DNA of 59,718 nucleotides, filler included, from Catajapyx aquilonaris (lineage: Eukaryota), in NCBI GenBank assembly GCA_000934665.2. It is 2 parts of 2 records of this genome, joined end to end, with 100 filler letters (N's around TTAATTAATTAA, not from the genome) between each part and the next. Parts side by side here need not be neighbours in the genome. Positions count along the whole stretch, not along the records: positions 29,921 to 59,718 come from JYFJ02004736.1; 1 more part is not named here. One strand, written 5' to 3'. Shown piece by piece: positions 34,402-49,400 of this stretch; the stretch's first letter is position 1; every line of letters starts with the position of its first letter. The notes beneath the pieces were generated by a model that was given only the letters and a program-made list of their open reading frames with translations, had not been told where the DNA came from and did not search any database. The translations under genes and the position numbers were made by a program.

Positions 34402-37400
34402 GTGAGTCGGCTACGGCTTTCCACTTAAACAGTCAGCCTCTTTGGTACATGCTAAGAGAGAGAGAGAGAGAAAGAGAGGACTTGGCAGCTTTTCTTCTGC
34501 TTGGCCCCCAAATTACCCGCCGCAGCTGCTTTTCCTTCCCAAAAGAAAAGCGAATTCTCGCGAAGAGATTGGCCGCGAGGAAAACTTTGCGATTTTTTTT
34601 ACTCTTCTTCGTCCCCCTCGACCTTTTTCTATTCCTTGATCCTCCAGTCTGCTGGGTGCCTGAGGGGGCCAAGATGGAGGTCTCCTCTAAATCACTGCCT
34701 CAGAAAAGGCTTTCCTTGTAGTTTTTCTGAAAACCGCACTTTGCATTATTGTTAGTGGTGGGGGAGGAGAGGCGGAAATAAGTCATGTATTGAGGTTGCC
34801 ACTCTATCCGATGGCCTTTGCACCATGTGATGTAGTCATGACTCATTACAAGCCAGGATGCCAACTTGAGTACTTGCAATATATATTTTTTTCCTCTAGA
34901 GAATGACTTGTGCTGTCATTCTGTGGGGGGAGAAATTGCAGGTACACCCGTTACAGCATATCAGAAGGCCTTCCATTAATGCAGGGTGTCCCATAATGCC
35001 TGCAATAAAAGCGAAACAACACGTATAAATAGGCCGCGCATTTAGTCCTGTATAAATAACATGTCCGGAGAGAATTACATTAATCGTCGACCTAGCGATT
35101 ATTGTTCCGGGGCCCCGCTGCACAGCAGACAGGGACAAACAAGCAAAAATAATTCGGAGCAGCAAACCGAGGCATAAATCGAGCTGAATAGAGAGAACCT
35201 TTTTATATGCAGGCGGAAATGACGTGAAATAATGAGTTGGGGAGGCATTCATATGACCAAGATCAGAGGAATGTTGCCGAGTGGATTTTGGCTGCTGCAA
35301 ATCCTCCCCACGTACACTAGGGGATTCAGTGCACGTTTGATTCATATGGTATGCAGCGTATGGCCCGTTTCCAGCCGGAAGCTCTGGAAATTGTGTTCCT
35401 CTGAAAACAGTTTTAGTTTTTGGGGGTCCCAGACACTGGCCGACTGTGTGTCCCCGCCCCTCTTTTTTTATCTTTTTGAGTAGCCTTCAAACGGGGGGGA
35501 TATGAGAGAGTTTCTGATATGACAATTTTTTTTTCGGGCGTGTGCTGGATATGTGAACAAAATGACACGTGACAATGGCATTCTTGGCCCAATTTCCTCT
35601 CCCCATTTTCCGTCCCGGGGCTGAATCTAATGGACGTTCATTAACGAGGGGAGGTTTTCACAACATCGAACGAATTTGATTACGAGGCGCGTTTAATGCA
35701 GTCTGTTGTGGAGTTTAAACTTTCCTGGGTGAAACCGCATTCAGCGTTGGAGTAATTACTTTTTTGAGTAGGACAAAGGGAGCTGCAGAAAAGGTTAAAG
35801 GGTTCCAACTATGCCATAGGTGGAGGTATAGTCCAAACAGTTGGCGGTAATGTTGACGCGGAAAAATAAGTTGCTCAAGTTTACCGCACCTGCGAATGTG
35901 AGTGACTCGTCAATCTGCTATAACTCCGATTTTTATAGGCGGAGAATTGCTATGGCACATGCAGTGTATTTGCCAACTGCAGCTGACTGTCCCACTTTTT
36001 CAAGATATACGACTGTGTATTGTAACGTTCCGGCAAAAAAAAGGAATCGCGTTCTTTTTGAAATCCGCATAATACAGTATTAATATGCTAATTGTGCAAC
36101 AATGCGAATTTGTTTATACGCTTCCTGAAGCATACAGCCGATTTTGTACCCTCTAATATTATGCCATTTAATAATCAAATTACGTAATTACGTCACATGC
36201 AGCCCAGACGAGCCAATATTTATGAGCCCCCTCTAGCTCCCTCATATACCGCAGAATTTTGGTGAAAAGCATGAGTAGTGACGTATCACGACAAAGATCT
36301 CCTTCTGACCAACTTTGGCCGCTCTAAATTAATCAAGGGGTTCCTTTCTTTCCCTGTAGCCAAAGGCGTTTATCGATTCCCGTTCCCTACCGACAGCTGC
36401 TGCTCATGTTGCCCTTGATCTAAGTGAAGTGAACGACGTGAAGAAAAAACTGGTAGGAAGAAGCTATATAGGAAAAGATCTGGCCGATTTACAGCCTGGT
36501 TTCTCCATGATTACGCTCCTTCCGATTTAAACCTCTCTTCCTTTTGGGTGTCAAGTAGGTGTTGGGCTGATGAAAGAGGATTGGACATCCGATGCTGAGG
36601 GAATCTAGAAGGAAAAAAAAACTAGTTTTACTTAACGCGAGAAGTTTCGTGTTTGAATGCAACTAATCTCGTGTAACTCCCCGGCTGTACAAGAGCAGAG
36701 TTAATGGTATTTGACACGTGAGGCTTTTAAGCTGAATTCGCTAAACGCAGGTGGTCTGGCCGGGGGAAACGTGACGTAGAAGATTGATAGGCGGGGGGAA
36801 AAAAATGTTTGTTCATTTGTTGGACGTCTGAATGGTGATAGGGACAGGGCACGCTTTTTTCGGGGGTCGAACTACACGGAGCATTTCAGGATAAAAATCT
36901 AATCAACCGGAACTGTACGGAGGCACCTTTTTTTCGACGTCAGCTATTACCTGAATTATGCATTCATGCAGTGAAATTTGCACGTGTTAATTTTTAGCAA
37001 CTTACATTACCCGCATGGCGTGTTAAGGCTTCCAGGCTGGAATGAAGCCCAGATCGCATTATACACACATTATTCATGGAAGAAAATTATAAATTAAATG
37101 AAGTCAGTAAATATTTTAAGGTAGAAAGCGTTCCTAATATTACGATTATATTATGTACAGTATTTACAAAAAAAGTTCAATCTTAGCTGCACTTCTACAA
37201 TTATTATTGAACATATACTGTGTAATTTGCCTAATTTTGGGCAAACTTTCTAGGTAATCTTCAAGAAGGTACGTGTCACCATACTTGGTCCATTCTGCGA
37301 ATGTTTGCCGCATAACTATCTAGGCCTTGGTGTCTGTCATCTAGAAACATGCGGTTGTTACGACAGTCATTTGCAGTGAAGGAGAAAGCGGACCTTTTTA

Positions 37401-40400
37401 GCTAAATTAAAGAGCTGTTTCATAATTTAACACCTCGGTTTTTGCACCTCGACGCGTTCCACAGTTAAGTGCCGCTGTGGGCCTGCCTGTTTTAACAGAA
37501 TATTAGTCTTGTACCGCACTTTGTTGACACTGCCGCCGTACTGTGGTCCCAGCATTATATTATAGGCCTACTCATTTTTCCTGTTCAGAAAAATATTCAT
37601 AGAACGCAAAAAAAACTGGTCGGTAAAAATTGAAGTTAATTCACAAAGGGAAATTCGGCTTTGTACAGAGCGATGCGAATAACTGGGCCATGGAAATTAC
37701 ACGTGTAAAAAAACGATTCATATTCGGACCATATAAATGCTGTTATTTGGACTTGCAGTGATATCTGTAACGTTCAATCGTCATGCTTTCTATGACACAC
37801 ATTTCCGCGGATATGTTCGATACAAATCTATACGAGGACATCCACCACATTTCGAGTACATCACTGGATTGAGCGATGGCATTTGGATTTCATTCCATCG
37901 CATTCCTTTTTTGGCAACAAGACCAGGTCTTGCATTTTTCATGTACGATCGGTATCAGCGCATAAAGAGCATGTTTACGTCCAGAAAAATGACATGGAGT
38001 CTGTAACGAACCGCAGCAAATCAGTGCAGATAATCAAACGCGCGTATCCAGGGTCCCCCATGCCGAATAGTCCATTCGCAACGTGGCCTCGATTATTAGA
38101 TTTTCCGATAGCGTTATTACATTAATAAGTTGTAACGTGGAAGGGAGTCTGATAATTTTGATTGCGGCGAAAGTTTCCATTGCCCCTGCAACATTGCGCC
38201 CATGCATTCGTTTTGTCAGCGGGTAGTACTTGCACCGACTGCAAAACAAGAGGATTTTAATGAGGTGGTGACGGCCGCACAAAACGGGCGGCTGTATAAA
38301 ACGGTTAAGCTGCTAGTTTGTGTATAACAGTGCACGTGTTTTGACAGAAGGTGTTTGATACTTTCGGATAACGACTGACCGTGTACTTTTAACAACAATG
38401 CCCAGAAATGTGAAATTGCTCTGCCAGCATGCTGCCAAAATCCATGGAACTCCAAAAGAGGGCCGGGGCTGAATGTAAAATCGAAATTTCAGTCGCTGCT
38501 TGAACACATAATGCACACCTGCTGGTCCTGTACCGCCCGGTTCGAAACATTTTGGCAGTAATTAGGATTTACTTGGTACGTTTATGAATTTAAAGTAATG
38601 TAATTGCACTCGGATCGACGCAAACACTCCTTTTGAAGTATTTGCTTTGAGCTGTTTCTGGCCATTTGATTCGCAATTCAATTGAGAGGCCTCATAATTT
38701 TCAAACATATACTCGAAAAAGCTCATGTGCACACTTGTTCCGTCCCGCTGATCACGCAATACCTCCCGGTCATTAGTCACTGGAGTGTCACTTTATTCGC
38801 AAGTAACCACGCCAGTAATCCAATTCAGCCTGTGCACAAAGAGCTGGCAAAGTGCGCAAATATTTTGTATGGCCCTTCGAAGAAAGCTACGACGTTCGCC
38901 ATTGTGTTTACGTTAATCGATATCCACTGTACCGGTGTACACAGTCGGAATATAGTACCAGCTTTGAAATGTCCTGCTTTTGCGACACAAAGAAAGCCCT
39001 CGGCTGGAGACCACTGAGAAAAGAACAGAAATCGAAGTTTATGGCGACATTAGGATGACATTAGTGAGGTTCCATCCCCTTCTCCTATGTGCATTGGAAA
39101 ACCAGATAACTCTGTCTGGATGGATCCAGAGAAAGTGGCTTGCGGGGATTCGGATCTATCCAAGTGACACTTACCCATTGCCCGCGATCAGTCATACTCT
39201 ACCTCGAAATGGATTTCCGTTCGTCACAACCCACTTATTTTTGGAGAAGGTCGCGCCTCCGGGCCTCTCAACCCATTGTAGACTTTCACGCCCCGAAAAT
39301 ATTACTCCCCAGTTTTTTTTCCACATCTGCCTGCCACTCTATTTATCCGCCAAAAAAGTGACACGGACATTTCTAGCAAGATCTATCTTCTTGAAATAAT
39401 GAGTTCGGACACTGGCATCCTCTATTAAAACTGACAGCAATAAAGATGCCGGCGTCAATAAAAATAATAGCCTTTTCCCCCTGCCTCCACCAGCCAATCT
39501 GCTAGAGTAAAAGAGCCGGAAATCATTTTTTTGCCATAAGTAACATCGAGCGTGTACGCAGTGGGCAATGTGGATTGCCAACCCAACCCACGATGGAAGG
39601 AAGCGCGGTGCTGTGCCATAATGGTGCTCAGAAAGGATTATTATGACCTGTAATCAGATTGCGGTCGCAAAAAAGGAGGAGCACAGCTATCTTCCTTTTT
39701 TGCCTGGTCGTAAATGAAAATATACTGCTGCCACGTTCCCCAGACACAAGGATATGGCTGCCTGATTAAGGAGACATCAGAGAGGGCTTGACTTTTCCTT
39801 GCAGGGCCCGCACGGTGATAAAGTCTTCACGCTATTAAGATGGGCCCAGCAGATACCTGCCCTGCATGAAACGGAAGGTGTGCTCTCTTCAAAGACGGTC
39901 GATGACATCGAAGTTAATGCTGCTTGAAGAAAAAGTCATGATTCGTGTGGTCACCAAAAATTATGGGCATTGTAGCTGCAGCTTGAGAGAAAATGCGCAC
40001 GGTATTTTTTTTACTGATCGTTCGTCAATACTGTTTTCTGTTTTCGCACATGGTGCTCCATTGTTCGGCAAAACAAACCTCGCTCAGTCAATGTGGTTAT
40101 AGGGTTGTATGAGAAAACATGGTTTGATGTATGGTGAATCGAGAGAAATTATTTTCACAAACAAAAGGCCAGGAAAAGCTGCCATTTTCAACTTAATTTG
40201 CCAAATTTTATCGTTCTTCTTCAAAATTTATGTGGGTGTGCATTCCATAATATTTCTGAAGCTCGAATTCAGTTCGGAGTCGGATTACAGTAAAAGCCAA
40301 GACGTGCTCTGGTGTTGTAGTGGCTTTTTGAAGAGCTCGTTCACATCTTCCTCCAAATGTACAGTGCTTGTTTCAAACTGCGTAATTGGCTAAATATACG

Positions 40401-43400
40401 TGCACAATGCAGCACAAATGATGTGGCTTAACCGATCACCACATGCTGCAAAAGTAATTTCCGACCGTCACACCATACTTCCCTCCTCTCGGTTGTCGCG
40501 CAGTAATCCAAGCAGTAATCTGTGCGCCAGGAGCAGTTTTAAGTAGGTCGGTTTTTGTCTGAAATGAAATTATCCACTACTGGAGCATTCAAAAATATTA
40601 CAAATGTTAGAAGTCATATTTGGAATAATATCCATGATTTCAATGGCTGTATGTTGATTTAGGTTGACCAAAAGGCTTTTCGTAGGCTATTGTTACAACC
40701 GATTTCAAATCCCATGCACAGTATACAGGAGGCTTGTACGGGGCATGGTTATTGCCCGGGTATGTTTGCGCAATAATTCGACAATTATACTATAAAATCA
40801 AGTTTTAAAGCCCCATAACAGTTTGATTCGATGGGATAATCTGTTGACCTAGGGTCAACCCTACGTTTAATAGGGTCACGGATGCTCATTAAGCCAGGAG
40901 AGCCTGCATCGGGGAAGTGGCACTTGGCAAGTGATGTTTCGACTTTTACCTGCGTTTCTCACCGCATAATAGCCCAGTGCCGAAGCAGCAGCGTCCTTGC
41001 GAAATCAATTCCGACGCTAGATTACACCAAATTATTTACTGCAATTTTGCGAAACGACACTGAATATTGCAATTCAGGCACAACACTCACCATTTCCTGG
41101 CACATAATTGTCCAGGATATAGGCATGTATGGATTCTGCATTAATACTTGGGTTGGTATTAACCAAAGTCTGGTTTGTTCCTCGTAAATAATTTTCTTGT
41201 TTCCTCGCTCGGCTTGTGTAAACAGCAAATATGGGTATGGTTCTGGATTTTCTGGCTTGGTATCAAAATGTGGGGGACGGTGTATGTATATGTTTGCAGC
41301 TCCAAAAAATTCGGTTTTTTGCACACTCGGGTGCTCTTTCGCCTGAAAGGGAAGCGCTGCATGAAGTAGACTCTGTTTACAGTGCTGGAAAATTAGGCTG
41401 TTTTGTCTCGCTCACAGTGTGTGTCAATCGGATGAAGTTAAACATGACGGACATAACACCCCCCCCCCNCCCCCCCCCCCCCCAGATTATTAACACTCTA
41501 AAAAAAAGCGTTTTTTAAAGCAGCCTGGACTTTTGGAATCGGAGTCACGTTATGCACACAAAAATCGGGCCAGATGTACGATGCACCGCGTTAAAAATGG
41601 CGTTGCCTTGTGTGTACGGCAGTAAACGGAGATGGGTAAAGTGGCGATTGTTCTTTATAATAGCTCGCACTGTACAGGTGTTCTTTTATACCGTAGAAGC
41701 GAGAGTAACAGCGTATTATTTGTCCTCTATAGCGAACGCAGCGGAAGCCTTAATTTCTCACCCGCTCAATTAAATTCGCTTCGTGACAATGACAATTAGA
41801 AATCCTGCGATGGTCATAGGTATTCATAGGAAAACCAAAGGGGACTTACGGTGATGCTTCGGGAAGCGGAATCTCACTTCCGCCTCTGTCTCTCTCTGCC
41901 GTTCTCACAGGGAATAAAAAATGCAAGCTACCCTTTGATCAATTTTACACGGGCCCGTAGTCTTGTGAATGCTTGTGAAGCATTTCGACATCTGGGCGGG
42001 TTGAGTCGGCGAAAATTTTCTAGCTTGACAATGGATGTATATTACTGGTGGGTGCGTTTTTTCTCTCGCCTGCAACCAGCATGGTTGACACTAAATATCG
42101 GATGTTTCTCGCATGCGTCGCGTCGTGTTGTAATTAGTACGTTTAAAATAAAAACTGGCAGCCAAAATGTTTTGGAAGAAAGCTGTTTCGCGAAGCGAGG
42201 AAGAATTTTAATTGCTGCTCTATTGCTCTTTGTTGTACTGTATTGGCCTGCGTTCCTTTGTTTAGTTTAATGAGGCTACATGCTGTAAAAGCACACGAAT
42301 GTAAATATTAAATGAAGTATTGTGCACCTATCAAAACAGGTCTAATTGTACAGTACACGTACCCTGCATAATGTACAGGGTGTGTGTGAAATTCTGCAAT
42401 TTTTTGTACTGTACACAAAATTATTCTAGTTAATTACTGATTACATAGCAAATTGTATATATTATAGCTTACATATTGTCTGGCTTGTATGCTGCTTGTT
42501 ATGAAGCCTATATATGAACAAACGACCTGTAAGTGATATACCAAGCAGTTCTACTTGACAGTCGAGTCAAGTCGGCTTTATTTTAACTAATGGTGGATAT
42601 TTGCGAGATTTTTGACTGGGCTCATCCTGCATTGAAACCGAGTCTGTGCTGCGGGCATCGAGCGGAATGCGAGTCACGATCTTTGCTAGTTACTGTAAGT
42701 GGGGTCTCGGGTTGGAAAACGACAAAACCCTTTGGAGTGGTGTAACCGGAGCATTTGTTTTGAATGTCTCTTTGTGTAGCACCCGGGGAAAGGAACATTT
42801 TGATGTCGGTGTTGAAGCAAGGAAGGTTTTGCAAGATGAGGCCCAATTTATTCATTCATGGCAGGAAGGCGAGTTGAAAGGTTTTCCGTGTTTGGCTGGA
42901 CACTTCTGGGACTTACGGCTCTGAAAGGAACCCGCATGACACGGACTGAAATTCTTTCCATCAGAAGCGCACCGGAGAGTGTATCGGTAACGAGTTTTGC
43001 AGGATGTGCCCGTGGACTAATGCAGCCTTGGGTAACGTCTTTGCCAGCACCTGTACACTCCGAGACTGAATCAGGTTTCAGGCTGCATCAGCACTTGAAT
43101 CACGAAAATTCCGCAAAATATTTTTAACACTCTTGTATACAACCCCATGGTATTCAAACGGCCTGCTCAATTGTATAGTAATTGTCAGTGGCCATTTAGA
43201 CTGCATGATTAACAATCTGAACCATTTGTATTGTGGGTAATGTGCACGAACCGAATGGCATTTCCGTACTTTGCGTTTTATGCATGCAGGGATTGTACGC
43301 CGGCCTGCGCCAGAATTAAATTCCTTTCCAGGCCGCACATTGTTGCTAAAACAGACTGGCATCAGCGACAAAATATCTACATTCTATTGGTGCAGGTGCG

Positions 43401-46400
43401 AGAACAAACTGATGCAGGATGTCTGTGTATATAGGGACGAGTTTTTTCTCGGAAAAGTAGCCGACAACCAACCAGCAGCATGTGGTCCGTTGTGATATGA
43501 CGAGGAGCAAGAGTCATCCTGGCAGATTTTCTCCAGCACAGACTGCAGGATTATCAAAGCAATTTTATGTTAATAAGGCCACGGGGGCTGAAAGGGGATT
43601 TTCGTCTATTTCACACGCTCGCCATCCGTTTCAGAAGACTAACAAACCGTGACACGTACCATCAGGACCTCGACATATTGTCCGGCAATTTTTTTTCTAG
43701 CCACTCAGAATTCCTTCGACGAGAACTCGTTTTCTGGAACAATCTGGTGAAAAATACATTTGTTGACTTGTTCATATTTTGATGTTAAAAACTGCACGTT
43801 CTATACTACTACAAACTTGTGCGATCAATTGGTGTGCCAGAACCTGCAGTGAGTGGCATGTCCCTGTCACTCGCAACACCTGCCAAAAAATGTTAGCGTC
43901 TAGTCAGCATGGCTTCAAAGACCCTCTTTGAGCCCTCCATTTTTTATTGCTTCTTCCGGGCCAAAGCTGGCAGCAGGAAGCACGCTCCGGGGTAGAAACG
44001 CTTTATCTCCCGGTCTCACCTTTGAGTGACACCACTGTTGCAGGCACAAGTTAACATCCTCGCAGGGCAAAGTCATGCCCGCTTCTATCACGACCCGTCA
44101 TCACCACTTCTCGGAAGCCAAAAGTTGACCCGCTTGACTTCCATGACGTTTTCAATTTCCTGACCGAATGACTCATTTTGGGTTGGTTGGGCGCACCGCT
44201 AACTGTACAGATGTGGTTAAAGTGGTTAAAGGGTAGGGTTGAGCAAACTGATGGAAGAAACATGAGGTCAACTTGGAAATGTCAGGCCTTGCATTGAATT
44301 AACTGCGAGTCTAGCTAATGAAATGTGGAAGCTGGGAGAGACATCTTTCCGGTGGAAAATTAAGTATTGAGAAGACCTCCCTCGTCATTGGGAAGAGATC
44401 AATAGGAAGGGCTCTCTCTCCTCCGGGGACTCGGTAATGGGCTCTGGAATTGAGTTACGGAATCTAGGGACAGATGTTTTCATCCGGAAAAAAACCTTTG
44501 CAAGCGGGTTGTTTCGGTGTTGCAAAAAAAAAAATCGGAATGCTAAATCCGGGTCAAACATTTATGCCTATATCACACCCCACGATTGGATTTCTGCGAG
44601 ACAAAAACCTTTTATCAATTTATTCCAATCTCATCCTTATGCCAGCCTGAAGTCAGAACTGTGCCTGAATAAATGAAGACATAGCTGAGGTAAGAAACCT
44701 GCATTAAAATGTAAGGGACTGGGGCGAGACGCAAAGCAAAGGAATTTTGGGGCGGGTGAGATTAGCGGTCCGTTGTCTTCCATCTTAATTCCTGCGATTA
44801 TCTTGTTTTCCGAAGCGTGGATTTTGGGTGACGAAGACGACGCCGCTTGTAATAAGGCGTCCTTCTCGCCCAATTACTCCTTGTCCAATTCCTTCTTTTT
44901 TTTTCTCTCAAGCTGGAGTTTTTTTCCCCCCTTCCATTCCCTGCTCCTGTTTTGCATATACGAATTGTAGAGATTGTCAGGATCATTTTTGCCCTGAACT
45001 GTACGATAATCTGTAACGGAATTTTTTCCTAATAATACTCGCATGTGTAAATGTAAAAAAATGTGCGAATTGTGAATATGATGCCACTTTAAAAATAATA
45101 TGTGGCTTCTACAGTACATTGGTCTCACGATTTTTAATCAGGCTAAATTGCAATTTCGGTGTCAAACTCGATTTTTGCGCAATACCAAAATTGACGCAAT
45201 GAAACTGAGTTTAAACCTTTTAATCCAACATGAACGTCAGTAAAAATTATGGCTCGCGACAAGATGTCCTTTCAGGTCCAGCCAGCTCGCACTCGAAAGT
45301 TGAAAAATTGCGTGTTGCTCAATACCTTCCGTCACACTCGAATCGTAATTAATAGCACTAATTAGCGAGCCCCCACGTCATAGTTTGATCACCGAAATTG
45401 CGTATCAATCCATGATTTATGTTGGTCAGTTACTAATTCATATTGGGCTGTCACAATATGGAAGTGTCCCAAATTCTAGTTGCAAGCACCACTATACACA
45501 CGCAGCAGAGACTCAGTATATTGGAAGACCTTCTCTTTAGTCTGAGGTTAATCGAATTAGGAGTCCGGCTCGGCTGCATTGTCATTTTTGGCACGTTTTC
45601 CTCCGGTTGACCTAGTCAATATGGAAGCCATTGTTTTAGAGAGGAAGGGGAAGGGGCCAGGAATCTCAATGCGGAAGGTTGACTTCTGTTTTGATATCTG
45701 CGCCGCCAAAGTTACCGGAACTTGCGTGAAGATTATCTTCCCCGTGAATTCTGGAGTTTCTCTCTAGCAGTGGGGATGGGGGGGGGGGTGGGTGGTTGTG
45801 ACAAGAGTTTCCAGGGGTTATCGCGATGGAGGATTTCCTGAGAGTTTCGTAGTTTGGCCCCCCTGACCAAAATCCCGAAGGCATCGAAACCCCCTCCGCT
45901 TCCTTCTCGCTTTGATGCCAGGACGGCGGAGGTTTCGTTTCTCACTGCAGGAAACCAATTTGTTGGCCAAGCTTTGACGTTTCCCCCTTTTACCTTTTGC
46001 CGCAGTTGACGGACCTTGTGATGACTGGATATCTGCCCTTAACTTTTCGGCTCTTTGTCTCCTTCTCCTCTTTCCTCCGTGTACGCTGCTGGTGATGCTA
46101 CAGCAGAGAGGATCTGACGGAAGGAAACTCGACACAACTACACAAGTTCGTGTCCTAACTCTCTTTCCATCAATTTAATACATTACTATGAGTGTAATCG
46201 TGTTTGGCTGAGGACTTATGGAATGTTTATTGTAAGATTGATCAAGGGATTTTGCAGCAACAGTGACAGGCCTGGACCAATCATGAGGGCTTTACTGAAT
46301 GCCGCAGTAATCGTTTCAAAGCGGAAATATAGTGCTCTGCGTAAAGTCCGTCAGCGCAATGCTGTATACCTTACTGATGTTGCCAAGAAAATGAGCTTTT

Positions 46401-49400
46401 TTTACTGGTGGTTTATGCTCTTGTGAGGTTCCGGGCCTCCTATCTTGCACAGTACAAAACTGTTGGGATATTATGCCCCAGCTATAAAACTGCTGCGTCT
46501 ATTTGCTGATGTTCCCGCAGGACGAAAAAATATAACGAGATACCTGCTGGAATCGATTACACCCATCGGTACAGTTTCGGGGGTGTTATGGCGATGATCG
46601 GAAAAATTACCTGCAAAGTACTTTATTATCATATATGAAAAGATGCATATCTCTTACATGTTGTGTATATTGGCATCGGGACGATAATTTAAAAACTTCT
46701 TCACTCGTTACTGAGTGAAAAACATATCCATACTCGTACGAATCAGGTCAGTTGTGTCGTGTTAAGAGCCTTGTTAACGATGTTAATTTCTGCATACCAT
46801 TCTAGCGTATAATCATTCACTTTGATGGTCGTGTTTCGCGTAAGGGCCGTTGTGCCTTGCCACCTCGTTGTCTGGAGTCAAATCCTCTTGTTCCACCAGG
46901 CCAGAGTGTTTCATTCTTGTTACCGACGAGTGCCCGCAAAGTCATAAACAAAATTTTGTTCGGAGAAAAGGCAACCTTAAAAATGACGGCTCCCGCAGCC
47001 ACTTTAATTTAAACTTAATGCACGCCTAATGTGGCTTCCTGCCGGTCCAATAGGGGGTCATATTTTTTTGAAGTCGCGATGCAAATGTCCCTGCTCCATA
47101 ACAGCGGCTGTTTAATTCAATAAATTGATAAATATGCATAACTTTCCCATTCCGCCAAAAGGTGCCTCCGAACCATTTGCATGTCACGGGACATGGCACA
47201 TAAAGATGGGATCCAATTAAAGTTTCAACAAGCACACACCCCATCCCCTATTACATATGCCCCCCCACCCCCCACTCTATATCGTGTGCATCTGTATAGT
47301 TGCGCAGAATGTGTTTTGGGGCACTCATAATGCATGCGGGCACTACTCCCGCTGAATAAACCGCAACGACCTCCTCTTGACACAACTGCATGAATATCTA
47401 AGGACGTCGGGCCTGCTGGGAAATATGCACGTAACTCTCTTGTTGGCTGTATATGCCTCCATACACGCAGGGGGGAGTGAGAAGTATCGAGCGGCTTTGG
47501 AGCCTCCAAGATATTAATTTACCATCCCATGGCATCCCCCGCTCTCTCGAAATTTGGGTACAGAAGCGAAGAAGCCTTCTTTATTTTCAACCGGGATACG
47601 CCTGGTTAAAGATTAAGCGTATGGGCCAAAGTGCAAAGTGTGGGTTTGAGTTTATTGCCGAGCCAATATGTTGCCCTATGTGCATGTGGGAGTGCATTAG
47701 AGCCATAAGGGGTGGGGGGCTGTGCAGACTAATAATTTTCCTAAAGGCTTTTGCATCTGTCGCTCGCTCGAGTGCTGTTAGTTGTGATGGGGGGACAGCT
47801 GAGAGAGGTGCTTCCCAGGAGTAAAAGCACGTTGTTTGCCTAACTTTGATGGAAGGCGGGGATGGATGAAGATATCTGATAGGAGAAGAGGCCTATATTT
47901 TCGTTCTTCTAGAATTGAGCAGGGACTCGTGTAATTCAACTTCTTGCTGTTAGCTGGCATTACACAGCCCAAGTAACTATTCACAAATGTTCAGTCTCAA
48001 AAACTCGATTGTTAAATTCTTATCAATGCGATGTGTTGAACTTTCATTTGACATTGAAAAGTGGACATTCAGGGGGCAGTGACTGGATATTTCCAAACAC
48101 TACAGGGAATGGAATATGAAATCGATCGCATTCTTATTCTGAGTGCAAAATCAGGATGGTGGCAAGATTTATGCGCATGATTTCACTTCTGAACATGCTT
48201 CTTCATGATACGTATTTCCATGCAACAGGAATATTATTTTTAGAGAAGCCCTTGCGGTCTGAAAATGCGGTAATAGCGTGCGCGCAACTACATAAATCCG
48301 CATTACATTTCACTTATTCTTGTCGTAAAAGCGGGAGCGAAAAGCGCTCGATGTTGCAAATTGTAAATGCTGCATATGTTTCCTCGAGCCATATTTTCCT
48401 CTCCCGCTGAAATATTGCTCTCGGAATAGACCGTTGCATTAATGGAAGCGACTTTAAGCGCAAAAGACTGAGGATACTTTGCCATAAAAATATCAAAGTT
48501 AAGCCGCACAGAGAAGGGGGTATTAAATATATCTTTAAATGAAATGCATCTTGTAGACCTGTACGAGACTGTATAGGCATCATCGTTTAGTATACAGTGT
48601 ACTGCAGCAGAATAGTTTAAAAGTGTAACGCTTTAATATGGGCTATTTGCTGTTTCTTTTCAAATGTTAGACGTTCTTCTTCCCGGAGAAAGGAAATTTC
48701 CATGGTAAAAAAGGCGGAAGAACGATATTTTTACAGTCCTAAGGGAGCATTCATAAAATACTATCAGATATACTGTTCGGAGATGTTTTCGCATGTCAAA
48801 ACTCCTCATTTATAAAGGAACTGCAATTTTTAATGGTCAATCAGAGTGACATATTGCTACTGCAAAATTCACCCGAGGATTGTAAGGATGTAAGACCAAT
48901 ATTTTTTCCCCAGCCGCTCCATCCCTTTCCCTGATAATGAAAAGGTAGTACTATTTGCCTTATTCCCTCATAATAGCTGATATTGTTTGAATGAACCCAA
49001 AACGTCGTCTGGAAGTTGCTTAATTATTTGACCGGCTGGGTTGCCTTCAGGCCCCGTTCTTCTCCATCTCAAAGGAACAAAAGGGCCAAAATCCCCAGCT
49101 CACGTTGCCGTACAGGACTCAAGTTGCACTCCAAAAGCTCCTCAAGCCACAGAAACAAGAGCTGTCCCTTTCGAGCCCAATGTTGGCCGCAAATCTGCAA
49201 AAGATCCGAGGACCGACCCTTGTACCCAGCAGGACAAGAATGCACCGGATTTCAATACGACAACTGCATCGAACAAGGAGAACTTGGCCAGCTTTTGGAG
49301 ACATGCCAGGGACCCCTTTTCGGTCCGAACTATCCAGCCGATCTGTAACCATTCGGCGTGTGTTTTGATCATCCACTCCAGTCGTCGAGTCTAATCTTTT

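Noticed and set aside
40843..40876. Short palindromes GTTGACCTAGGGTCAAC and CCCTA...TAGGG
   Set aside because: Stems this short are expected by chance in 60 kb.
49016..49394. Region open in several frames with an acceptor-like CTTCAG
   Set aside because: No similarity to R7BP or any family I recognise. It is explained by local GC content.
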